This document shows positions 10,342 through 19,931 of a stretch of DNA of 64,000 bases, in pieces; positions within the stretch are counted from its first letter, which is position 1; each line of letters begins with the position of its first letter. Position numbers and translations under genes: made by a program. The notes beneath the pieces were generated by a model that saw only the letters and a list, made by a program, of their open reading frames with translations, had not been told where the DNA came from and made no database searches. Location: assembly GCA_000165345.1 (NCBI GenBank), contig CM000434.1, positions 608,001-672,000 of the forward strand, written 5' to 3'.

Positions 10342-13300
10342 ATGAATCCCATAAAAAATGAGTATTTAATTGAAGGCTATAGTGTTCCGTTTCCATATGA
10401 TGCTTATAAATGCCAAATTAATTATATGCAAAAGATTTTGTATTCACTTAAATACAAAAAACATGCACTTTTAGAAAGTCCTACAGGTACCGGTAAAACA
10501 TTATGTTTATTAGCATCTACCCTTGCATTTCAAAAGCATTTTCTGATTAGCCATGGGTCATTAAAGAAGCCTATTGAAAATACCAGTTCTGCTGGAGTTA
10601 TTAAATCAGAAGGAGGATCAATTGAATTGATGGGAGTCCCACGTACTGTTCTAGAAAACAACAAAGAGACAAAAATGGATATGCTTATCCCTAGAATAAT
10701 ATATTCTTCAAGGACGCACAGCCAACTTTCCCAAGTAATGCGTGAATTAAAATCTTCCGGAATTTCTGATGGCTTCACTATTGAGTTATTCGATACAGAC
10801 GCTGAAAATAAAGCGAAGATTGAAAAATCAACTTCAAAGAAACGTCCAGTTATTAAGGGTGGAAAGAAGCTTTTCAAAGCAACAATTTTGGGTTCAAGAG
10901 ACCAGCTATGTGTTCATCCTAAGATTTCCAAATTTAGAGGGAATGCATTGATAAAAAATTGCCGAAAAATAACCAAAGAGGGCAAATGCAAATATCATAA
11001 CAACTTAAAACAGGCAAACACTTCAGGGGTTGCTGCAGATATCCAAGATATAGAAGATCTTAAAAATATCGCATCATCTTCTGATTCGGGTTACTTTTGC
11101 CCTTTTTATGCAACTAGAGAAATTGAAAGCGTTTGTAATGTTGTTTTACTTCCTTATAACTATCTTTTAGATAGCATTACACGTCAGAACCTAAAAATTG
11201 ACTTAAATAATACTGTATTGATTTTGGATGAAGCTCACAATGTAGAATCTGTTTCAGAAGAGGCTTATTCATTTGATTTGAGAGATATTGATCTCGCTCT
11301 TTCTCAAAAAGCGATTCAGAATATTCTAGAGGCCACAAAGCTTGGGCTTTTGCAAGAAAAAGAATCTGATGAACAAGATTCAGAAGTAGATATTTCTTTT
11401 GATATTGAAGTGGCAGTTGCACTGGCAACTGGTATTCACTTACTTTCTAGAAATCTGAAGGAAATCCCATGTCCGGTTCCTACAAATAATAATGGTTCAA
11501 AGTTCAAGAGCTTCCCAAAAATGGGTGAAGTTCAAGGGACTACTTATCCAGGTTCTCATATTTACTCTTTGTTTGCTTCCTCTGGGTTCGGAATTGATAA
11601 TTTTCAAGCTATAGATGAATGCCTCACGAATATGATAAATTTTGGCCAAAACTTAGTTGGGCCTGGAGGCAATGTATCAAGCCAATTGGATGTAAATTCT
11701 ATTCAGATAAATGCAAGAATAGGCGCATTAGAAAGGTTTCAGAGATGCTTAAGACTAACATTCAATGAAACAGTAATGAAAAACCCTCAGTGGTTTAAAC
11801 TGTACATTCATTATGAGCCTGATAGTTACAAGGAAATTAATGGTTTTGATGAAAATGGAGGTCAGAATTCATTTGTAGACCCAGAAACTACAGATCAAGG
11901 ATTGAGCCTCTATCTTAGTTTTTGGTGTTTTAGCGCTGCTGCAGCACTTTCTTCTCTTGTGTCTGCAGGAGTAAGATCAATGATTATTACATCAGGTACT
12001 CTCTCTCCATTGGATACCTTGGCTCAGCAATTTAGCAGCTCAAATGTAACATTTGATGTGTTTCTTGAAAATGATCATGTTATAGATAGCGAGTCACAAC
12101 TTTGGGCTGCCACTTTAGAAAGAGGGAATTCAACTAATAATACACATTTAATTGGTTCATACGAAGCTAGAAACAATCCATCATACTTTTCTTCACTTGG
12201 AAGTGTAGTTTTCGATTGTGTTAAGCGAATTCCGGATGGGATTCTCTTATTCTTTGGATCCTATTCTTTAATGGATCAGGCTGTGAAACATTGGACAGAT
12301 CAGGGCCTAATTGAACGTATTAAGGCCTTTAAAAGTGTTTTCATTGAACCCAGAAATTCCTTTGAATTGGGTTCGGTTTTGGACTCATATATGGATTGCA
12401 TTAAGAAGGGAGCAGATTCTTCATCCCAGAATGATGGATATTTTAAAGACAAGAAAGCTAAAAGCGGCTTGTCAGATTTTGTCCTCAAATCCAAGAGGAT
12501 TTCTTCTTCAGGCTCACTACTTATTGCAGTATGTAGAGGGAAGGTTTCAGAAGGAATCAACTTTTCAGACAATGCTTGTAGAGGAGTAATCATTGCAGGA
12601 CTTCCATTCCCATCAATAGCAGATGCTAGGGTTTGTCTCAAAAAACAATATATGGATGAAAGCAAAATGGATGGACGTCAATGGTACAATCAACAGGCAA
12701 TTAGAGCTGTAAATCAAGCTATTGGCCGTGTTGTTCGCCATAGAAATGACTATGGAGCAATTATTCTTGCAGACAAACGCTTTAATCAACCAAACATTTA
12801 TACCAGGCTTTCAAAATGGATCAGAACTAATACAAAACATCTACCTCAATTAGATTCCAGACAGCTTGATAATATTTCAGATTTTTTTGAAAAGAAACTT
12901 TCTATTACTGTAAATGGCACTAATTGCCAGTCTTCAGAAGGCAATAATAACAAAGAAATCCCCACCAAAACTTTACCTAGTAATATTACAGGAAACAAAA
13001 CAACTTTGTACGGAAGAAATCCTTCTGTAGTTAGCTTCCCTAACTTGTCAAACGAAATTAATACATTGTTGAAACGGGTAGAGAATAAAAATACAACAAA
13101 GGAAGAATCTAAGGGAGAAGAGAATAATACTAATAACAAAATAATCATTCCAAAACCTTTCCCTGGCCTTATTTCCAAAGTTAGTGTACCTTGGAAGAGA
13201 GTAAAAACTTCTTCCCCTTGCTCAGAGTCTCGAAATTCAACACCATGGACATTTTCTTCAAATAAAAACGAAAGTAGTATTCATGAAAATCAAAAAAGGA

Positions 13301-13644
13301 CAAATTTCAATATTATTCCATTAGAAAAGATGAATTACCAAGAAATATTGAATAATTCAAAGAATATACTAAAAGAAGACGAGTTTAATCGTTTGAAGCC
13401 TTATATACAAAATTTGAGCCAAGTGAATTCCAACTCTTTAAGATCTATTGCTAATATTTTGTTTCCAAGCTATATAATGGATGAAAAGGAGTTAACTGAA
13501 AGAAAATCGTTGGCCCTAGAACTCTTAAAACTACTCTCGAATAAATATAGAGAAGAGTTTAGGACAATGATTGAGAAGATGACTTCAAACATCGATATGA
13601 TGAAAGATAAGGCTTTGGTTGATGCATTGGAAAGCGAATTATAG
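10342..13644 (+). CDS. Rad3/XPD-family Fe-S cluster DEAH-box DNA helicase (RTEL1/FANCJ/DDX11-like)
   Basis: The track start at 10324 is a TTG; the first ATG is at 10342 (MNPIKNEY...). Motif I is ESPTGTGKTLCLLASTLAF and motif II is LILDEAHNVES. Four cysteines between them (CVHP...NCRKITKEGKC...FCPFY) fit the Fe-S domain. An N-terminal F-P-[FY]-x-x-Y-x-x-Q motif is present, along with the C-terminal helicase motifs (GINFSDNACRGVIIAGLPFP, QAIGRVVRHRNDYGAIILADKRF). Confidence 0.85.
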   Translation: MNPIKNEYLIEGYSVPFPYDAYKCQINYMQKILYSLKYKKHALLESPTGTGKTLCLLASTLAFQKHFLISHGSLKKPIENTSSAGVIKSEGGSIELMGVPRTVLENNKETKMDMLIPRIIYSSRTHSQLSQVMRELKSSGISDGFTIELFDTDAENKAKIEKSTSKKRPVIKGGKKLFKATILGSRDQLCVHPKISKFRGNALIKNCRKITKEGKCKYHNNLKQANTSGVAADIQDIEDLKNIASSSDSGYFCPFYATREIESVCNVVLLPYNYLLDSITRQNLKIDLNNTVLILDEAHNVESVSEEAYSFDLRDIDLALSQKAIQNILEATKLGLLQEKESDEQDSEVDISFDIEVAVALATGIHLLSRNLKEIPCPVPTNNNGSKFKSFPKMGEVQGTTYPGSHIYSLFASSGFGIDNFQAIDECLTNMINFGQNLVGPGGNVSSQLDVNSIQINARIGALERFQRCLRLTFNETVMKNPQWFKLYIHYEPDSYKEINGFDENGGQNSFVDPETTDQGLSLYLSFWCFSAAAALSSLVSAGVRSMIITSGTLSPLDTLAQQFSSSNVTFDVFLENDHVIDSESQLWAATLERGNSTNNTHLIGSYEARNNPSYFSSLGSVVFDCVKRIPDGILLFFGSYSLMDQAVKHWTDQGLIERIKAFKSVFIEPRNSFELGSVLDSYMDCIKKGADSSSQNDGYFKDKKAKSGLSDFVLKSKRISSSGSLLIAVCRGKVSEGINFSDNACRGVIIAGLPFPSIADARVCLKKQYMDESKMDGRQWYNQQAIRAVNQAIGRVVRHRNDYGAIILADKRFNQPNIYTRLSKWIRTNTKHLPQLDSRQLDNISDFFEKKLSITVNGTNCQSSEGNNNKEIPTKTLPSNITGNKTTLYGRNPSVVSFPNLSNEINTLLKRVENKNTTKEESKGEENNTNNKIIIPKPFPGLISKVSVPWKRVKTSSPCSESRNSTPWTFSSNKNESSIHENQKRTNFNIIPLEKMNYQEILNNSKNILKEDEFNRLKPYIQNLSQVNSNSLRSIANILFPSYIMDEKELTERKSLALELLKLLSNKYREEFRTMIEKMTSNIDMMKDKALVDALESEL

Positions 13645-13668
13645 TATTATAATCGCTTTCCTTTGAAA

Positions 13669-15141
13669 TCACCAAATATAATTAAAGCTTTCTAATTGCT
13701 TCTTATTTAAGTTTAAATTATCAAAATTAATGTTTTGTTTTTCTGAATTAATGTATATTTTTCGTTGGTTTTTAGATTTCTTGTTATTTAAATCTTTTTT
13801 GTGATTTTGTTCGTTCTCCTCCCCATATAAATATGAACTAAGATCTGATGTATTTGACCAATGGATTGTATAGTGGCCATCTTCTGATGGCCACTTTTCC
13901 ATGTATTCTTGGGTTGCATAATACAATTTCCTCATTGTTTCTAATGCACTATATTGAGACATCTTTGATAATTCATTAGAGCTTTCTTTTTCTAATACCT
14001 GCTTTTCCATTGCATTCTCTGAAAAGGTATATCCATTTTCAATAATAGAATGGACTCCATAGCCATCATTCCCAGAGCTATAATCAGAATTATAACACTT
14101 AGTTTGGAAAATTTGGTTATTTTCGATATGGCTGGAGTCAAAGTATATATTATCTTCACTACTAGGTCCAGACTTACAAAGAATAGTCTGATTTAGCTCT
14201 TGATTATCATCGTACACAGTAAATCTGGCTCTTTTTCTGGCTCCCATGCCTCTATTTCCTGCTTCAATCTGATCTGTTTGACATTTGTTCAATTTACTCT
14301 TATTTCTAGCCTTTAACCAAAGCTGTTTTGCATACTCGTAAGCATCTTTTATTGAAGAATGCCTACTCAAAGCAACCCATCCGACGTATGAGTTGTGGTA
14401 CCTGACTCTATAACCAATTTGCCTTCTATCAAAGTATACCCCAGGAATTGATGGCATTAACTGGGCCTGAGTTTCAACCTCATTTAGTATGCTTCTCTTC
14501 CCATTCCTATCAACAGCAGTGAATTTATCCAATCCGGATGATCTTATTTGATGTTGATAACATTGTGAATGCACAATTCTTTGTCCATTATCCTGAATTA
14601 CTTCACCGAACATACTAAAATTATGATGAAAGTGAAAATTAGACAATGCTTTGTGCTGCGAATGATCAGATTTTAAACCACCAATTTCGTTGGTAAAAAC
14701 TTTAAGTTCACGGCAATCGTCTGATTCTTGACATCCTATGGAAAAAAGTTCTTCATGAATATTACTATCAGAAACTACACCACTCAAGCTTTCTGAGCCA
14801 ATAATCTCACCTATATTGCAGATTTTTGAGGATGAAAAGCTATCTCCTTGCAAAACATAATAAGGATTTAACTCCTTTAATCCCGATTTATCAATGCCAT
14901 CTCCGAATGAATGGTGACAATTAACAATATTTTCACCTTTACAATTCGGTATTTCACATTCGGCCTGATTGATTACTGTATTTGTTGATTCCTCAAATTC
15001 CTTGTTATTTGGAATGATAATTTCAGTTTCCTTTCCAGTTTTCTCTTCAATGACCAAATCCTTTCCTCCATTGAATTCTAATTGCAGATCTGGACAGTTG
15101 TTATATTTTTCAAGAAATGAGTTTTCTGAAGCTAATAACAT
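13669..15141 (-). CDS. ApiAP2 transcription factor with a single AP2 DNA-binding domain
   Basis: ATG is the revcomp of cat at 15139-15141. There is a clear AP2/ERF-type domain, SGLDKFTAVDRNGKRSILNEVETQAQLMPSIPGVYFDRRQIGYRVRYHNSYVGWVALSRHSSIKDAYEYAKQLWLKAR (three strands plus a helix, with the conserved YRVR..N and AYE.A motifs). The rest of the protein is low complexity. Confidence 0.8.
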   Translation of the reverse strand: MLLASENSFLEKYNNCPDLQLEFNGGKDLVIEEKTGKETEIIIPNNKEFEESTNTVINQAECEIPNCKGENIVNCHHSFGDGIDKSGLKELNPYYVLQGDSFSSSKICNIGEIIGSESLSGVVSDSNIHEELFSIGCQESDDCRELKVFTNEIGGLKSDHSQHKALSNFHFHHNFSMFGEVIQDNGQRIVHSQCYQHQIRSSGLDKFTAVDRNGKRSILNEVETQAQLMPSIPGVYFDRRQIGYRVRYHNSYVGWVALSRHSSIKDAYEYAKQLWLKARNKSKLNKCQTDQIEAGNRGMGARKRARFTVYDDNQELNQTILCKSGPSSEDNIYFDSSHIENNQIFQTKCYNSDYSSGNDGYGVHSIIENGYTFSENAMEKQVLEKESSNELSKMSQYSALETMRKLYYATQEYMEKWPSEDGHYTIHWSNTSDLSSYLYGEENEQNHKKDLNNKKSKNQRKIYINSEKQNINFDNLNLNKKQLESFNYIW

Positions 15142-15523
15142 CAGTGAGAAAAATAGAATTTTTTCTTGGAACTGGAGTTTCCTGCAAAAATCTTTGCAAA
15201 TTTGACATTACTTTTCATTTATGCACTTTTTTGTCATCTGGTGACAGAACCCACACATTGATTTACATAAAACATAAAATATAAATATTAAAAACAAAAA
15301 AACTCAAGATTCATCAAGACTAATGAAATACATTAATTAACATAAAATAATTACAAAAAATCAACAATAAATAAATTTCTGACTTCTTACTCATTACTTT
15401 AGTAGTCAAGACTTTTTTTTTCAAAAATAGTTTGCATGTATAGCCCGCCAAATGTATTAAAAAAAAATGAATTTTACTAGAATAATAGTATTAAATAAAT
15501 TCGAAGAAATTTTCGTTAGGTAA

Positions 15524-18271
15524 TTAGGAAATTGCAAAAAATAGATCAATAGGCTCGCCCATGTTGGCACAATGTTTGGATAATTCTGTATGATCGCTGA
15601 GTAATTGATCAGAAAATGAGGAAGCAATGTCAGGAAGTTCCACAAAGTCTTGATATTGAGCTGATGTAATAATTGAAAAAACACTAGATGAATCATGCAT
15701 ATTATTTCCAAGTCTAGGGGTTTCTGTTAAGTTTTGTGACTCTATTAGACTCTCTCCATTATCATCTACTAAACCGTCTCTAGAGATATTTGAGTCGTTG
15801 TGACTATCACAGCCATGAATAAGTTTTTCTTCTGAACAGCTTCTAATTCCAGCCTCTCTTGAAATATGTTCTTCATCATCTATTTGCCCCTCTTCCACAA
15901 TTCTTAATGGTGAATTGCAATGGAAAGACATGGATAAATGTTGTAAAGGAGATATCGAATTTAGTACAACATCCAAATTCTTGTGAAAAGGATCCAAATG
16001 ATCAGTATCTCTTTCTGAAATTGTGTTGTTACCTTCAAGAGCCTTAAGTAGAGCTTGTAGTTCGCTTGAATACATTAGAAGATGCTGTTGGATTGCCAAA
16101 TATAAAGCTTTATGGTATAATATTGTCCTTTTAGAATTAATTACTTCTGAAGTTTGTTTTTTGTTTAAAATGTCCGAATTCGTTTCTTTACAGTTATACA
16201 ATCGATCTGAAGACTCCTCTAAACGAGAATTTTCTACATTTTTTTGTATATTCAGATATTCTTGTACTACAGATGATTTGACAATCAGTTTAGTGACTCC
16301 TGGAATATTTCCATCCAACCAGCTTACATATAACCTGTTTAGACTTTCTATAGGAATTGATCTGACTAGATCCCAAATAAAGTTTGAGGAATATCCTTGA
16401 CTTGATGCTTGCTCAAATTCCATACCAAGCTCAAGTTCCAATTCTTCAATCGATTCATCTTGAGATCTTTCGCTGAACTTTTCATTTGTAATTATGGAGC
16501 TGTTATTCTCGCCTTCTTCTGATAAAAACATTCTTTTTCGTGGGAATTCATGCTCCTCCTCCTCAAAGAAGATCTGCTTTGGTTTTGATTTTGGCCTTCC
16601 TCTTCCCCTACTCTTCTTAGTACTTTTACAAAAAATTGAACCTTGATTTAGTGCTTGCATTTCTGCTGCTGAGTCATTGCATTCGCTGGAGCTTGAACTA
16701 CGAACACAATCTACATTATTTATTCCTGAATTATCAATACAACCATCATCTTCGATGAAATCTCGCTTTTGAAGATTCAAATCTTCCAACACTTGATTTG
16801 AGTTTATTTGTAAGTTTTCTTCATTCATATTTCTCTCAGTATTATTTGTAAGCAGTGAAACCTCTGGAACCGGGTTTTTTTTTAAAGCTCTTTCCTCAAA
16901 GCCATGTATTTTTGGAGTTATATATTCAAATTGTCCATTGGACTTTTTCCCTCTATATCTCCACTTTTTAATATGGCTTTCTATATCCAATGTTGATACC
17001 CACAACAAACTCCCTAAAGGATATCCTGCATCCAAGTATTCTTCTGGGCACATCTCCATACACCAAACCTTTAAGAGCCTTTTTATTGATTTTAATTTGT
17101 TCATTGATTTTAGCTGGTAATAAAAGTCCATCAGCCTTTGAGGATTGCTACTTCTTGCTCTTGGATCCAAGTGGTATGGTGGATCTACTACAAACATAAA
17201 TAATAATACCTTCATAAACACGGGGCCCATGATATTCTTTTGTCTGTGGTGATTCAAAACATCAACTTTATGACAACCATTCAGTTGAAGCTTCTTATCA
17301 AAGAAATAGTATTTCCCTCCTCCTCCACTCTTTAATGCTCGTTTTTCAGTACAAAATGCTAAAAACCCAGAATTTTGCTTTGAAACACAATTTACAAAGT
17401 AGTTCTCAAACTCTTCTATATTCTTCTCTTTCCCTAAATCGTCGATACTTTGTACTATTGGAATTGGGCACCTATTTGGAGCATCCCTCACTATTTTGAA
17501 GATCTCTATCACGCTAGGAACAAGCTTTAAGTAACATGTTCGACTTTTTGTAAACTCAAGCATTAGATTTGTCTTTAGAATATCTAGATACTCATTGTCC
17601 ATATATCTAGAGATATCTTTCGGCTCAGATGTTCCCTCTGAACGCATCTCTTTAAAGACAGTATCTGTAACATTGTATATTGAAACAGAAGATGTACTAC
17701 TTGAGTAGTTTGAAATCTGTCTATTCAAATTGATTTTTTCACTTGGAAAATTCGAGCAGCATTGTGTCTGAATGTTTGATATTTCTTGATTCCTTTCGTT
17801 TGCCTTATTTTCACTATCCAATAGAAACTTTGAACTAATTATTTGACCTTGCATTTCTTGACAACCGATCTTTTCTTCACTTTGAAACATATCATCAGCA
17901 TTATTATTATAGAAATTATAGCTAAAGATCCCATTTCTATCATTACTATGCGAAAGATCATCATCATGAATTATATTCTCTGACCATCCTAGCATTCCAA
18001 TACTATTGTTTATCAAGCAAGGAATATTCTCAGAAATTACCTTTTCTTCTTCTGAATTTCCTTCAGTACAAATAAGGTTTCTTCCCTCTTTTACCTTGTT
18101 ATATATAGAATTGGGTATCATCCTCTTATTACTATTTAATAAGGGAGAGCTTACCTCATGTAAAGACGCCGGAGAAAGTGTTGAGGGTGTCATTGGAGCC
18201 TTGTTCTGTCCATCATCATGCCAAAACAAGAATGGTGTTTTTCTAATATATTCTTCACTGTTGTTAATCAT
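15524..18271 (-). CDS. Large nuclear-type protein with an AT-hook (KKSRGRGRPKSKPK) and a divergent MT-A70-like (METTL3/METTL14-family) methyltransferase signature
   Basis: The track start at 18280 is a TTG; the first ATG is the revcomp of cat at 18269-18271 (MINNSEEY...). The AT-hook GRGRP core maps to about 16592-16606. Around 16940-17190 the protein reads FMFVVDPPYHLD...(56 aa)...SLLWVSTLDIESHIKKWRYRG. That resembles MT-A70 motif IV ([DE]PP[WL]) followed by F[LI]WV[TS]...L..WGYR[RE], as seen in METTL3/METTL14. The match is short and the downstream WVKTN motif is not recognisable, hence the modest confidence. Confidence 0.5.
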   Translation of the reverse strand: MINNSEEYIRKTPFLFWHDDGQNKAPMTPSTLSPASLHEVSSPLLNSNKRMIPNSIYNKVKEGRNLICTEGNSEEEKVISENIPCLINNSIGMLGWSENIIHDDDLSHSNDRNGIFSYNFYNNNADDMFQSEEKIGCQEMQGQIISSKFLLDSENKANERNQEISNIQTQCCSNFPSEKINLNRQISNYSSSTSSVSIYNVTDTVFKEMRSEGTSEPKDISRYMDNEYLDILKTNLMLEFTKSRTCYLKLVPSVIEIFKIVRDAPNRCPIPIVQSIDDLGKEKNIEEFENYFVNCVSKQNSGFLAFCTEKRALKSGGGGKYYFFDKKLQLNGCHKVDVLNHHRQKNIMGPVFMKVLLFMFVVDPPYHLDPRARSSNPQRLMDFYYQLKSMNKLKSIKRLLKVWCMEMCPEEYLDAGYPLGSLLWVSTLDIESHIKKWRYRGKKSNGQFEYITPKIHGFEERALKKNPVPEVSLLTNNTERNMNEENLQINSNQVLEDLNLQKRDFIEDDGCIDNSGINNVDCVRSSSSSECNDSAAEMQALNQGSIFCKSTKKSRGRGRPKSKPKQIFFEEEEHEFPRKRMFLSEEGENNSSIITNEKFSERSQDESIEELELELGMEFEQASSQGYSSNFIWDLVRSIPIESLNRLYVSWLDGNIPGVTKLIVKSSVVQEYLNIQKNVENSRLEESSDRLYNCKETNSDILNKKQTSEVINSKRTILYHKALYLAIQQHLLMYSSELQALLKALEGNNTISERDTDHLDPFHKNLDVVLNSISPLQHLSMSFHCNSPLRIVEEGQIDDEEHISREAGIRSCSEEKLIHGCDSHNDSNISRDGLVDDNGESLIESQNLTETPRLGNNMHDSSSVFSIITSAQYQDFVELPDIASSFSDQLLSDHTELSKHCANMGEPIDLFFAIS

Positions 18272-18344
18272 ATCCGGCAATTATTGCTCAATTGCCTATT
18301 TATTGGAAATAAACAAGTACTTGGATGCCTGTGTAATATATAAT

Positions 18345-18390
18345 ATATCTATAATTAATATATCTATGAATATATATATTAATTATAGAT
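18345..18390. repeat. Perfect 19-bp inverted repeat (atatctataattaatatat / atatattaattatagatat) with an 8-bp spacer, about 75 bp upstream of the ATG of the AT-hook/MT-A70-like gene
   Basis: Read directly from the sequence: 18345-18363 is the exact reverse complement of 18372-18390, and the spacer is ctatgaat. A second short palindrome (agataactt ... aagttatct) lies at about 18425-18451. Confidence 0.6.
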
Positions 18391-19931
18391 ATCAGCTTTA
18401 ATTAGTCAGCTTTATCACCCTTTAGAGATAACTTCTCATCTAAAGTTATCTAGTTTTATGGTTGATTAGTTTGACCTTTAATTATTAATTCAGCTATATT
18501 GTAGAACGCTCCAATTGATTTCATTCCACACATCAAACTATTACAGCGCTTCAGTAAGGCTCATATGACTGTGTTTAACATAAGTAACGCACTATTTAGT
18601 GCCTAATTACCCCCACAACACGACATAGTTTTATTATTAATGCAAATCAATAGGTAAGCATAGAGAATTCAGATTAGACTTATGTTTACTGTCCAACCAA
18701 TATCCAGAGTTTGCACCAATATTTCCCGGTATATTTTCCAGGTTCAACTATTGGAATATTTTAGAACAGTAGTACTACTATTTAACATTACAATGTTTTG
18801 CTATATATTGGAGGTCTACTAGTTTTTAAACAAAAGTGTTTGCCCCATTTAATTCCACTATATACTCCAAAATACTATTTAGTTTTCTGGAGCTCCATGA
18901 TATTATCGATGAGATAATAAATGGGAGATATATCTGGGAACTGAATAGAATATAATTTATAGTCTAATATTAAAAAATTCCAAATTACACCATTCATTTT
19001 TCCAATTACTCCAGATAAATTCTCCAAAATTATTATTAATGTTCCTAAACACGTCTGAAGTGACATAATTAAAGGTTAAAACGTGCATTCTGGAGTACAG
19101 TGGACACAGACTAGACATATTTTAAGACAAAAATGCATCCCAGCACAAAGCTTGCAATAAGCGCCTGCATTTTAAAGTTCAAGTTTGTTGTAATCCCTCG
19201 AAGAAATAATACTCCAGAACTATAATTTATTGGGAGAATTGCGTTTGCAGTACTTATTCTTACTCTGTATCTTATTACTTTCTTATACAAAGTGTCTCAA
19301 ATTATAGGCCTTAAAATATAAGCGGTCTGAATCTGACACAGAATGAACTGGGTTGCATTTTGAAATAAAAAAAAAATTCTATGATTAAAAAATAGTATAG
19401 TAATTTATGTGTTGTTAGGTAAAATGTTTCTAGTGAGAATTGAATGAATTCACGGAGAAATATGGTATTTTGGGCATTTCGAGAGTTAATCTCCGAGCTC
19501 GTCTTATTGTATGAATAAGGAGAACAAAGGCAATGAGAGAAAGTCAGCATAATGGGAACCTGTCATAGTATTTTTTCTAGAAAACAAGTAAAAATTTGAC
19601 GATATATGGACAAGTTATCGTGAAATTCAAGGTATACCTAACAAAAACAAAAAGTTTAAAGATCTACAAGGTGCAACCACCTTTTTTCACAAAAGAAAAA
19701 CCCTAAAATACGCTTCCTGCGGAACTAATAGTATCTATGTATGTGTGACTAAATTCGCTTTTTTATTATCGTTACTCAAACTCAAATCGTAGAAAGTTCG
19801 GATTTAACATAGGAAATTTGCTACTCTCTTTCTTCTCTTAGAATATGTCTACGTCTCTAGTATTTATCTAGGCTGGCATGGCGGGGTCCCGGGAAATAAA
19901 GATAAATTGTAAATGATAAAAAAAGGAAAAA

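Noticed and set aside
19684-19692. Telomere-like CCCTAAA heptamer
   Set aside because: It is a single copy only, inside an internal intergenic region, with no tandem repetition.
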